A stretch of 15,962 bases of DNA from the NCBI GenBank assembly GCA_964637115.1, contig CAZWVL010000015.1:1-15962 (forward strand), given 5' to 3'. Both the position numbers and the translations under genes were made by a program. The notes beneath the pieces are model-generated. The model was given only the letters and a program-made list of their open reading frames with translations. It did no database searches and was not told the origin of the DNA. Source of the DNA: an uncultured Methanosarcinales archaeon (GTDB taxonomy: Archaea > Nanobdellota > Nanobdellia > Woesearchaeales > ARS49). Position 1 is the first letter of the stretch. Each line of letters opens with the position of its first letter. Below are positions 7,119-14,216 of this stretch, piece after piece.

Positions 7119-7202
7119 CGCGGCCGCCCGGATTTGAACCGGGAAATCCTTTCGGAAACCGGTTTTCAAGACCGGCGCAGTACCGGGTTGTGCCACGGCC
7201 GC
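7119..7202 (-). tRNA. trnS: tRNA-Ser(UGA), class II, no intron, CCA not encoded
   Basis: Acceptor GCGGCCG/CGGCCGC plus G73; anticodon arm CCGGT-CTTGAAA-ACCGG; variable arm TCC-GAAA-GGA; T arm CCCGG-TTCAAAT-CCGGG. Confidence 0.98.
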
Positions 7203-7227
7203 ATAAGAAGGTTATCGTTCTCAGGGC

Positions 7228-7235
7228 TTTTTAAA
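7228..7235 (-). promoter_or_regulatory. TATA box of tRNA-Ser (TTTAAAAA)
   Basis: 26-33 nt upstream of the tRNA 5' end. Confidence 0.6.
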
Positions 7236-7240
7236 CCTTA

Positions 7241-8422
7241 TCACACTTTTTTGAGCATCCGCTTTAGAACAAAAGGCGATATGAGCGTTGAAACTGCTGC
7301 CATGAAGATGAGTGAGGAAAAAATAGTGCTGGTAATTACACCGGCTGCAAGGGCAATTTGTGCAATGACAAGGCCCGTGTCTCCTTTTGCGTTCATCGCC
7401 CAGCCTACAATCCATCCTTCTTTCCAGTTGCGGACAATCATATGATATCCTAAGGCGCTGCCGACTACCGTGCCGGCAATGGCAAGAATGGTAATTAGAA
7501 CATTGAACCAGATGTTTTCCCATATGGCAAGCACGTTTGTCTGGAGGCCGATAAAAAGGAAAAAGAATGGAACAAGGAAGCCGAAGGCAATTGTGTGAAC
7601 TGAATGCATGATTTCTGTCCGCTCCCATGGAAAATGCCCGGGTTCCTTGAACAGTACCTGCCGCACTATAACCCCGCTGAAAATTGCTCCAATCAGTGCT
7701 CCAACGCCAAGATAGTCTGCGAGAACTGCCATGACGAGTGTGATGATAAGTGCTCCCGTAAACAGCTGCGCATGTTCTGGCTGTCCTTCAATTCTTTTGA
7801 TTACAAAGGGAATAATCCAGAACCTGAAAATTGTGACAATGCCTGCAAACAATATCACGCCGTACAAAAGTTGCAGCAGGGTTGTTTGCTTGATTGCCGT
7901 TTCAAGAAAAGTAAGTACTCCTGTGATGAGAAACAGCTCAACCATGTCGTCAAAAGTTCCTGCGCTGGCGATAAGCACGCCAATTTTGGTTCGCAGTTTG
8001 TTGAATTCTTCAAGCAGGTCAAGTGCGATTGCTGTTGCGCTGACGCTCATGCAGATGCCAACAATAATGCTGGTGCTGTTGTCTAAGGAAAACACGTACC
8101 TGCTGGCAAGGTATCCCAAAATAAGCGGCAGGCTGGTGTTGAAAAAAGAAATCCACGCGCTGCAGACAATGTTTTTCTTGAACTGTTTGAAGCTGACTTG
8201 CAGTCCGACAAAGAAAAGAAGCAGGATAAGGCCGACATCTGCAAGGAATTTCACCAGCGCCATGCTTTCTGTGGTAAAGAGGTAATGGCTGATTGCTGGA
8301 AGCCCAAGAATTATGCCTGCGCCAATCTGGCTTACGGCGCGGGGCACTGAAAATGTGCGCAGCACTTCAGAGAGGATATATATGACAATGAGACAGACAA
8401 GAACAGCAACTAATGGATTCAT
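7241..8422 (-). CDS. Cation:proton antiporter, CPA2 (NapA/KefB-like), no C-terminal KTN domain
   Basis: 393 aa, highly hydrophobic; QIGAGIILG, LLFFVGL, SVSATAI, GTFDD, IGAIFSG, MNAKG motifs; SD GAGGTGA. Confidence 0.92.
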   Translation of the reverse strand: MNPLVAVLVCLIVIYILSEVLRTFSVPRAVSQIGAGIILGLPAISHYLFTTESMALVKFLADVGLILLLFFVGLQVSFKQFKKNIVCSAWISFFNTSLPLILGYLASRYVFSLDNSTSIIVGICMSVSATAIALDLLEEFNKLRTKIGVLIASAGTFDDMVELFLITGVLTFLETAIKQTTLLQLLYGVILFAGIVTIFRFWIIPFVIKRIEGQPEHAQLFTGALIITLVMAVLADYLGVGALIGAIFSGVIVRQVLFKEPGHFPWERTEIMHSVHTIAFGFLVPFFFLFIGLQTNVLAIWENIWFNVLITILAIAGTVVGSALGYHMIVRNWKEGWIVGWAMNAKGDTGLVIAQIALAAGVITSTIFSSLIFMAAVSTLISPFVLKRMLKKV

Positions 8423-8483
8423 ATATTCACCTCTTTAAATACCATCAAATTATGATTGTATATAAATATGGCGAAACAATACA

Positions 8484-8491
8484 TTTATATA
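8484..8491 (+). promoter_or_regulatory. TATA box (TTTATATA) for the CxxC-x17-CxxC gene
   Basis: Predicts a TSS near 8516, where a hairpin begins; SD GGGTGA at 8555-8560. Confidence 0.45.
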
Positions 8492-8568
8492 GTCCCCCAT
8501 ATCACATATACTCAGTATACAGAGACTAGTTCTCGTCGTATAACTAACACAACCGGGTGAATAAGAAA

Positions 8569-8724
8569 ATGGGATTCGGAAACGATTTTGGCGCTCCACG
8601 TGAGATGCACGATGCAACGTGCTCTGAATGTGGACAACAGACCAAGGTTCCTTTCAAGCCAACTGAAGGAAAACCAGTCTATTGCCGAGAATGCTACGCA
8701 AAACGCAAGCCTCGACGCTTCTAA
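8569..8724 (+). CDS. CxxC-x17-CxxC domain protein (51 aa; zinc ribbon, probable nucleic-acid binder). Not in ORF track
   Basis: MGFGNDFGAPREMHDATCSECGQQTKVPFKPTEGKPVYCRECYAKRKPRRF; exact CxxC-x17-CxxC spacing with the VPFKP and PVYC..C hallmarks; SD GGGTGA. Confidence 0.95.
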   Translation: MGFGNDFGAPREMHDATCSECGQQTKVPFKPTEGKPVYCRECYAKRKPRRF

Positions 8725-8747
8725 GTTAAACTACTAACGTTTAACTT
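8723..8747. repeat. Perfect 9-bp inverted repeat AAGTTAAAC-N7-GTTTAACTT
   Basis: Seen directly; followed by T-rich 8755-8780 (terminator or ahpC promoter). Confidence 0.7.
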
Positions 8748-8800
8748 CACAAACTTTTTATTTTTCTTTCATTTTTCTTCATAGAACGGGGGTAGATGCC

Positions 8801-9367
8801 ATGAGCTTATTTGTAGGAAAACCAGCACCAGAATTTATTGCAGAAGCATTTCAGAACAATAAAACTGTCAAGATTAACTTGAAAGATTACCGCGGAAAAT
8901 GGGTAATTCTTGCATTCTATCCTGCTGACTTCACTTTTATCTGTCCGACAGAGCTTGGAGAATTGGCTGACATGTATGAGGCTTTCAAGAAGATGAACGC
9001 TGAAATTCTTTCTGTCAGCACTGATACTACCTTTGTGCACAAGGCATGGCACGATAACTCTCCTACAATAAAGCAAATCAAGTATCCGATGATTGCGGAT
9101 CCAACAAGAACTATCTGCACTGCGTACGGCTCTCTTATTGAAAACGATGGTCTTTCTCAAAGATGCACTGTCATCATTGACCCTAAGGGTATTGTAAAGT
9201 CGTATGACATTCATGATAACAGTATTGGCAGAAGTGCATACGAAATCATGCGCCGTTTGCAGGCAGCCCAATTTGTCTCAAAGAACCCTGGCTTGGTCTG
9301 CCCTGCTTCATGGAAGCCTGGCAGCAAGACCCTGAAACCCGGTCTTGACTTGGTTGGCAAGATTTAA
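8801..9367 (+). CDS. ahpC: 2-Cys peroxiredoxin (AhpC/Prx1)
   Basis: FYPADFTFICPTEL (peroxidatic Cys), IGRS..EI.R, VCPASW (resolving Cys); SD GGGGGT. Confidence 0.96.
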   Translation: MSLFVGKPAPEFIAEAFQNNKTVKINLKDYRGKWVILAFYPADFTFICPTELGELADMYEAFKKMNAEILSVSTDTTFVHKAWHDNSPTIKQIKYPMIADPTRTICTAYGSLIENDGLSQRCTVIIDPKGIVKSYDIHDNSIGRSAYEIMRRLQAAQFVSKNPGLVCPASWKPGSKTLKPGLDLVGKI

Positions 9368-9393
9368 TAACCTTTTAATTAATTTCATTCTTA

Positions 9394-9678
9394 ATGAAAA
9401 ATCTGGTCTGGTATCTCTTCGCAGGCACACGTGGCGGCGAGACAAGAGTTCTTATTGTTACTTCATTGAAGAAAAAGCCGATGAACATGCACCAGCTGGC
9501 AAAACTGCTGAATCTTGATTACAAAACAGTACAGCATCATATTCGCATCTTGCTTGATAACCGGATTATTACGGCAATTAATAAAGGCAAATACGGCGCT
9601 GTCTACTTCATTTCTGATGAAATGGAGAGATTATGGAATGATTTCCGTGTAATTTGGAAGAGATTTGGGAAAAAGTAG
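9394..9678 (+). CDS. Winged helix-turn-helix transcriptional regulator (ArsR-like)
   Basis: LFAGTRGGETR..I..L...PMN..QLAK.L.LDYKTVQHHI..L..N.II, wing KYG.VYF. Confidence 0.88.
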   Translation: MKNLVWYLFAGTRGGETRVLIVTSLKKKPMNMHQLAKLLNLDYKTVQHHIRILLDNRIITAINKGKYGAVYFISDEMERLWNDFRVIWKRFGKK

Positions 9679-9705
9679 TTAAATGAGATTTAGGAGGAAA
9701 ACACC

Positions 9706-9990
9706 ATGGAATTCGTGATGAAAGCAACGTTTGTGCTGACGGCAGTGAATATGATATTACTGCTGATGCTGGCATTTGTGTATGGCAAAAACTGGGTGAA
9801 AATACGTTCCGCATTTACCACCGGGTTGCTGCTGTTCACAGTGGCGTTTTTGGCTCAGTATGCGATGTCGTTTTACTTTTACGTCACCAGCATGAACTAC
9901 TTTGTTGAGATAGTCAGCATGCACGTGTTCATCCTGACAATATTGCAAACAATTGCTTTCACCGTATTGAACGCGATTTCCTGGAGCTGA
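9706..9990 (+). CDS. Small integral membrane protein (about 3 TM) next to the wHTH
   Basis: 94 aa, three hydrophobic segments, basic loop KNWVKIRSAFTTGL; SD AGGAGG. Confidence 0.85.
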   Translation: MEFVMKATFVLTAVNMILLLMLAFVYGKNWVKIRSAFTTGLLLFTVAFLAQYAMSFYFYVTSMNYFVEIVSMHVFILTILQTIAFTVLNAISWS

Positions 9991-9993
9991 AAA

Positions 9994-10557
9994 ATGAAAC
10001 AATACGTACTCGTTGCATTGTTGGTATTGCTGGTAGCGTGCGCGCCGACAAAGCAGATGATGGGCGAGACTCCTGAGCAGAAAACGATGGAAAAAGAGGC
10101 TATGGAAAAGGGCGACTGGACTGCCGAACAGATGGAGCAGATGAAAAAAGATGAAATGATGGAAAAAGACAGCGTGCCTGAAGGCAGGATGATGGAGCCT
10201 GGTTTGATTGGCGGCGGCACATCAAGATATTACAACTGGGACAAGACCATGTTTGACAAGGCTGTTGCTGAAGGAAAAACTATTTATTTGGAATTCTCTG
10301 CCGACTGGTGTGGTATTTGCCAGAAGCAGGAACCGCACTTGATTGCTGCATTCAGTGAATTAAATGACCCGAATGTTGTTGGTTTCAAGATTCATTACAA
10401 GGATGACCAGACAACTCCTGAGCATGCAGCATTGGCACAGCAATACCAGATTGCTTACCAGCACACCAAAGTTGTTCTGAAGAATGGCCAAATCGTGAAG
10501 AAGAGCCCTGAAGCCTGGACAAAGGACAAATTCCTGCAGGAAATGAGGAGTCTCTAA
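9994..10557 (+). CDS. Thioredoxin-fold lipoprotein with Met-rich linker
   Basis: Lipobox LVAC (Cys16); 10 Met in residues 22-67; active site FSADWCGIC. Confidence 0.9.
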   Translation: MKQYVLVALLVLLVACAPTKQMMGETPEQKTMEKEAMEKGDWTAEQMEQMKKDEMMEKDSVPEGRMMEPGLIGGGTSRYYNWDKTMFDKAVAEGKTIYLEFSADWCGICQKQEPHLIAAFSELNDPNVVGFKIHYKDDQTTPEHAALAQQYQIAYQHTKVVLKNGQIVKKSPEAWTKDKFLQEMRSL

Positions 10558-11259
10558 ATGGCTGAAATTTCTTTTTTTATTGCTTTTATTGCGGGCATTA
10601 TTTCATTCTTCGCTCCGTGCATACTTCCATTAATTCCAGCATTCCTGGGCTTTTTGGCCGGTCAGAAAGTTGAACAGACGTCCCGTTGGAAATTGTTTGG
10701 CCACAGTTTCTTGTTTGTACTCGGCTTTGGCACGGTATTTTCAATTGTTGGCGTCTTGCTCAACAGCATTCTTGCGAATGTCGCATATACAACGCAGACG
10801 TGGCTGGGCCGTGTTGCAGGCGTCATCATCATCCTGTTCGGATTTTACCTGCTTGGTTTTATCAAGCCCGAATTTTTACAGAGAGAACACAAGTTCAGAG
10901 TTCCCAAGATTGGCAATCGTGCAGTATCAAGTTTCTTGTTTGGTGCTGCATTTGCCGTTGGCTGGACGCCTTGTGTTGGTGCTGTGCTTGGCTCGATTCT
11001 TGCGCTTGCAACAGCAATGCCCAGTGATGCGTTTGGACTGCTTTTGTCGTATTCATTGGGCTTAGGCATTCCGTTTCTGATAGTTGGTTTGTTTGCCCAT
11101 AATTTCATTGCGTGGATCCAGAAGCACGGCACATTCCTAAAATATTTCAACATTGTTGTCGGCTTGCTGGTTGTTGCGCTCGGTATATTAGTTTTCACAA
11201 ACAAACTCGCATTAGTGGCAGGCAGCTTTAACTTCCTGAACAGGTTTTTACTGGGATGA
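10558..11259 (+). CDS. ccdA: CcdA (cytochrome c biogenesis / transmembrane electron transporter)
   Basis: SFFAPCILPLIP and GWTPCVGAVL motifs, YSLGLGIPF, about 6 TM; ATG directly follows the upstream stop. Confidence 0.94.
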   Translation: MAEISFFIAFIAGIISFFAPCILPLIPAFLGFLAGQKVEQTSRWKLFGHSFLFVLGFGTVFSIVGVLLNSILANVAYTTQTWLGRVAGVIIILFGFYLLGFIKPEFLQREHKFRVPKIGNRAVSSFLFGAAFAVGWTPCVGAVLGSILALATAMPSDAFGLLLSYSLGLGIPFLIVGLFAHNFIAWIQKHGTFLKYFNIVVGLLVVALGILVFTNKLALVAGSFNFLNRFLLG

Positions 11260-12290
11260 AAAAAATCTGGTTTGTTGTTTTGCTGGCGCTCGTAATAGCT
11301 TCAATTATTTACTTGCAAGAACCTTCAAAAGAGGTCGAGCGTGTTTCTCCTGCTGTGCAAAAGAAGAACGGCATTCCTGCGCCTGAACTCGCAGGCATTG
11401 CCGGCTATATTAATGCCGATAATATCACAATCAGCAGTCTTGTTGGCAAAAAGGTAATTCTCATTGACATTTGGACGTACAGCTGCATTAACTGCCAGCG
11501 TACTCTGCCCTATCTTACCATGTGGCACGACAAATACAAGGACAAAGGTCTCGAAATTATCGGCGTTCATTCTCCTGAGTTTGAGTTTGAGAAAAAGTAC
11601 GAAAATGTCAAGCGTGCTGTTGAGAAGTTTGGAATTAAATATCCTGTTGTTTTAGATAACGACCATGCAACATGGAATGCATTTATGAATCGCTATTGGC
11701 CGAGAAAATATCTGATTGATATTGATGGATACATTGTCTGGGATCATATTGGTGAAGGCGGCTATAAAGAAGCAGAAAGGAAAATTCAGGAACTGTTGGA
11801 AGAGCGTGCGACAAAGCTGGGCATGACTGAAGGTATTCCAACAGAAGTCTCTGAAGTTAAAGCACCAAAAGTCGAGTTTATGAGAATTGGCACTCCTGAA
11901 ATCTATCTGGGCTATGAATTTACAAGAGGAAACTTTGGCAACAAGGAAGGTTTGCCAGCAAGACAGGAAATGACGTATATGCTTCCATCATCAATTTCAT
12001 CAAACAACGTCTACTTGGAAGGAACTTGGTTTGTTGACACTGACCACGTACGTTTAGTAAGCGAAACTGGCAAAGTTATTCTCAAATACAACGCAAAGAA
12101 CGTGAACATAGTTGCTTCTGGCAATCCCGGCTCTGACATAGCAATAAATGTTGATGACAAAGTAATTAGCTCTCAAAAAGTCGACGTAGAAGACCTTTAT
12201 ACGTTGGTTGACTCTGAATACGGCCAGCATACTTTGTCATTTGACGTGAAAGGTTCTGGCTTCAAACTATATACGTTCACATTCGGATAA
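11256..12290 (+). CDS. Membrane-anchored TlpA-like redoxin with DipZ-like C-terminal domain
   Basis: N-terminal TM; WTYSCINCQRTLP, IIGVHSPEFEFEK, NRYWP..YLID..G; C-terminal TPEIYLGY ... YTFTFG, as in DipZ-type proteins. Confidence 0.9.
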   Translation: MKKIWFVVLLALVIASIIYLQEPSKEVERVSPAVQKKNGIPAPELAGIAGYINADNITISSLVGKKVILIDIWTYSCINCQRTLPYLTMWHDKYKDKGLEIIGVHSPEFEFEKKYENVKRAVEKFGIKYPVVLDNDHATWNAFMNRYWPRKYLIDIDGYIVWDHIGEGGYKEAERKIQELLEERATKLGMTEGIPTEVSEVKAPKVEFMRIGTPEIYLGYEFTRGNFGNKEGLPARQEMTYMLPSSISSNNVYLEGTWFVDTDHVRLVSETGKVILKYNAKNVNIVASGNPGSDIAINVDDKVISSQKVDVEDLYTLVDSEYGQHTLSFDVKGSGFKLYTFTFG

Positions 12291-12324
12291 CTTGTAATTT
12301 TATATAAATTCTTATGACAAGTTA
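12288..12324. repeat. Inverted repeat TAACTTGT-N21-ACAAGTTA
   Basis: Perfect 8-bp arms with an AT-rich, near-palindromic spacer; spans the redoxin stop and the next TATA box. Confidence 0.7.
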
Positions 12325-12353
12325 TAAATCTCTGGCCATCTATATATCTTTTT

Positions 12354-12521
12354 ATGAGCGAGTTTGCTGGGTTTTGGGAAACTGAACTTGAAAGAGTAGT
12401 TCAAAAACTTGCCAAAGGGGGTGCTGCCCGAGTCATTGACCATGAGGGCAAGGAAGTAATCGTTAGGGTCGAACCAATCGACCCTGGTAGAGAGGACACA
12501 AACGATACTGCATGGGCCTAA
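12354..12521 (+). CDS. Small hypothetical protein (55 aa), leaderless. Not in ORF track
   Basis: MSEFAGFWETELERVVQKLAKGGAARVIDHEGKEVIVRVEPIDPGREDTNDTAWA; TTATAAA at 12322-12328 lies 26-32 nt upstream; T6 follows the stop. Confidence 0.65.
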   Translation: MSEFAGFWETELERVVQKLAKGGAARVIDHEGKEVIVRVEPIDPGREDTNDTAWA

Positions 12522-12525
12522 GGCA

Positions 12526-12554
12526 TTTTTTCTGAAAAAAAGTTTGAGTTTTTT
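12526..12554. terminator. Bidirectional oligo-T/oligo-A terminator between convergent genes
   Basis: TTTTTT-CTG-AAAAAAA-GTTTGAG-TTTTTT between stops at 12521 (+) and 12560 (-). Confidence 0.6.
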
Positions 12555-12559
12555 CTAAT

Positions 12560-13624
12560 TTAATGTGCACCAACTAAGTGCGCCTTCTGTCTGCGTGTCT
12601 GCTGAAGTTCTTGTCGCAAAATGTGTTCGTGTCTTTTCATAGACTTGAAATATTCATAGATGTTGCTGATAACTATTTTTGCTACAACGTAAACTGGGAT
12701 GGCTATTACCATGCCTATAACGCCTGCTACCTCTCCAGCGATGAGCGTGATTATGACAACCATCAGCGGATGTATGTCCACAAATTTTGAAATTATCCAT
12801 GTCTGTAATATCGTGTTGTCAATGACTTGTGCGATGAATATTACCAGCATTGAAAGGCCGAATAATGGGAATCCACCTATTACAAATGCAGCCAGGCCTA
12901 TAGGCACGGCTGCAAACAGTGGTCCCAAGTATGGTATGATGTTCAAGATTCCTGCAAGTATTCCAAACAGCAATGGCTGCGGCATTCCTATTGCCCAGAA
13001 GCCCAGGGCGTGCAAAATGACCATTATGATGGTCTCCACTATTTTTGCTACTGAGTAGCTTTCAACGTGGTCTACAATCTTGTATATGATTCCGACTACA
13101 ACCTCAAAGTATTCGTTTGGAATGTTTTTGGTAAACTCCTGATGAAGTGTGTTTCTTGATGCGAGCAGGATGACAGCCAATAAAATAATAGTTACTGCAC
13201 TTGTCAGAATGTCCCCTGTTATTGCGAGCACTTTTGCGCTCGCTGCTACTAATTTTGACTTGATAGACTCCTGTGCTTTTACCAAGTAGGGGAACGTGTC
13301 TGATAGTTCCATTACTTTCGTGTTTATTTTTTCAGCAATTTCGGGCAATTGTACAATTAGCGCTTTTGTTTGTTCAACTACTGGAATGCTGACGAATAGT
13401 ATAAAGCTCGTTGCTACTATGCCGAATACTATTGCGAGTATGGTGTAAGCTGCCAGTCCTTTGATTCCTTTGCGTTCCAGCCAGTCAAGGAATTTATCAA
13501 TCATGAAGTAGAGTAAAAAACCGCCAACAATATTGGCAGTGATAAACCAGTACTTGAAAACAAGAACTCCCAAAACGACTAGGGCGAGAATGCTCAGTCC
13601 AAAATAAACGTTAAACTTGTTCAT
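12560..13624 (-). CDS. AI-2E family (PerM/UPF0118) transporter
   Basis: Polytopic; GILNIIPYLGP, QVIDN.I.Q..I.SKFVDIHPL.V.I..IAG..GV.G..IAIP pattern. Confidence 0.92.
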   Translation of the reverse strand: MNKFNVYFGLSILALVVLGVLVFKYWFITANIVGGFLLYFMIDKFLDWLERKGIKGLAAYTILAIVFGIVATSFILFVSIPVVEQTKALIVQLPEIAEKINTKVMELSDTFPYLVKAQESIKSKLVAASAKVLAITGDILTSAVTIILLAVILLASRNTLHQEFTKNIPNEYFEVVVGIIYKIVDHVESYSVAKIVETIIMVILHALGFWAIGMPQPLLFGILAGILNIIPYLGPLFAAVPIGLAAFVIGGFPLFGLSMLVIFIAQVIDNTILQTWIISKFVDIHPLMVVIITLIAGEVAGVIGMVIAIPVYVVAKIVISNIYEYFKSMKRHEHILRQELQQTRRQKAHLVGAH

Positions 13625-14097
13625 ACCTGCTCTATGATTGCTGACAGTCTTTGTGCCAGAATCTTTCCGATTATACTCTGCATCTTATTGCCAAGTATTG
13701 GATAGTTTTTGATTATTCTTTCAAAATCGTGTCTGAAAAGGCAGACTAAGATTGAGTCTTCTGTTGACATTGCGCTTGCTGTTCTTGGCACATCGTGTAC
13801 TAGTGCCAATTCTCCAAAAAAGCTGCCATTTCCAAGGTCCGCAAATATAGTTTTCTTGCCATTTCCTATTTTGCTGATTTGGACGTTTCCTCTTAGAACA
13901 ATGAATAAGGCCGAACCTTTGTCGCCTTCGAAGAATACTCTTTCTCCTTTTCTGAACTGTCTTATTTGCAAATATTTGCTTACTGTCCTCATTTCCGGGC
14001 TTGTAAGCTGTTTAAAGATTGTAGTCTGGTTTATGTCGTTCTGGAGCTTTCTGATGTCCGGCTTTTCGAATAGGAAATTGTCAAATAATGCTTTCAT
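13621..14097 (-). CDS. Stand-alone cyclic-nucleotide-binding domain protein (no HTH)
   Basis: F.KGE.VFFEGD.G..LFIVL.G.V; phosphate-binding cassette FFGELAL....RTASA; ATGA overlap with the AI-2E gene. Confidence 0.92.
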   Translation of the reverse strand: MKALFDNFLFEKPDIRKLQNDINQTTIFKQLTSPEMRTVSKYLQIRQFRKGERVFFEGDKGSALFIVLRGNVQISKIGNGKKTIFADLGNGSFFGELALVHDVPRTASAMSTEDSILVCLFRHDFERIIKNYPILGNKMQSIIGKILAQRLSAIIEQV

Positions 14098-14216
14098 TGT
14101 ATGCCCCCATTTTACTCGTATAATGCGCTTTCCCTTTATAAAGCTTTCGTTTTGATACTACCTATTAGGGACAACAGAACAATAGGTTTTTATGTAACAA
14201 TGAATTCCGGAGCCCT

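Noticed and set aside
7119-7145. tRNA 3' end as a possible integration site (att) for an island
   Set aside because: No duplicate of the tRNA 3' end and no integrase seen in the window.
6915-7445. 176-aa + strand ORF (and 89-aa - strand ORF 6927-7196) crossing the tRNA
   Set aside because: Both run through a canonical tRNA-Ser, and the first also runs antisense into the antiporter; the open frames are a by-product of GC-rich tRNA sequence.
7604-8285. Long antisense ORFs (7604-8086, 7731-8285; likewise 1257-1757, 8807-9271, 13709-14155 and others)
   Set aside because: They are shadows of well-supported genes on the opposite strand, with no motifs or start signals.
8468-8560. 30-codon uORF (MAKQYIYIVPH...TTG) ending at the SD of the zinc-ribbon gene
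   Set aside because: It starts upstream of and runs through the likely TATA box, has no SD and has low-information composition.
1936-9382. Palindrome TTAATTAA in three intergenic gaps (1936-1943, 2714-2721, 9375-9382)
   Set aside because: An all-AT 8-mer in AT-rich spacers is expected by chance; position relative to starts is inconsistent.
14161-14186. CCTATT-N14-AATAGG inverted repeat in the divergent cNMP/phosphatase spacer
   Set aside because: 6-bp arms with no second copy in the window; compatible with chance.
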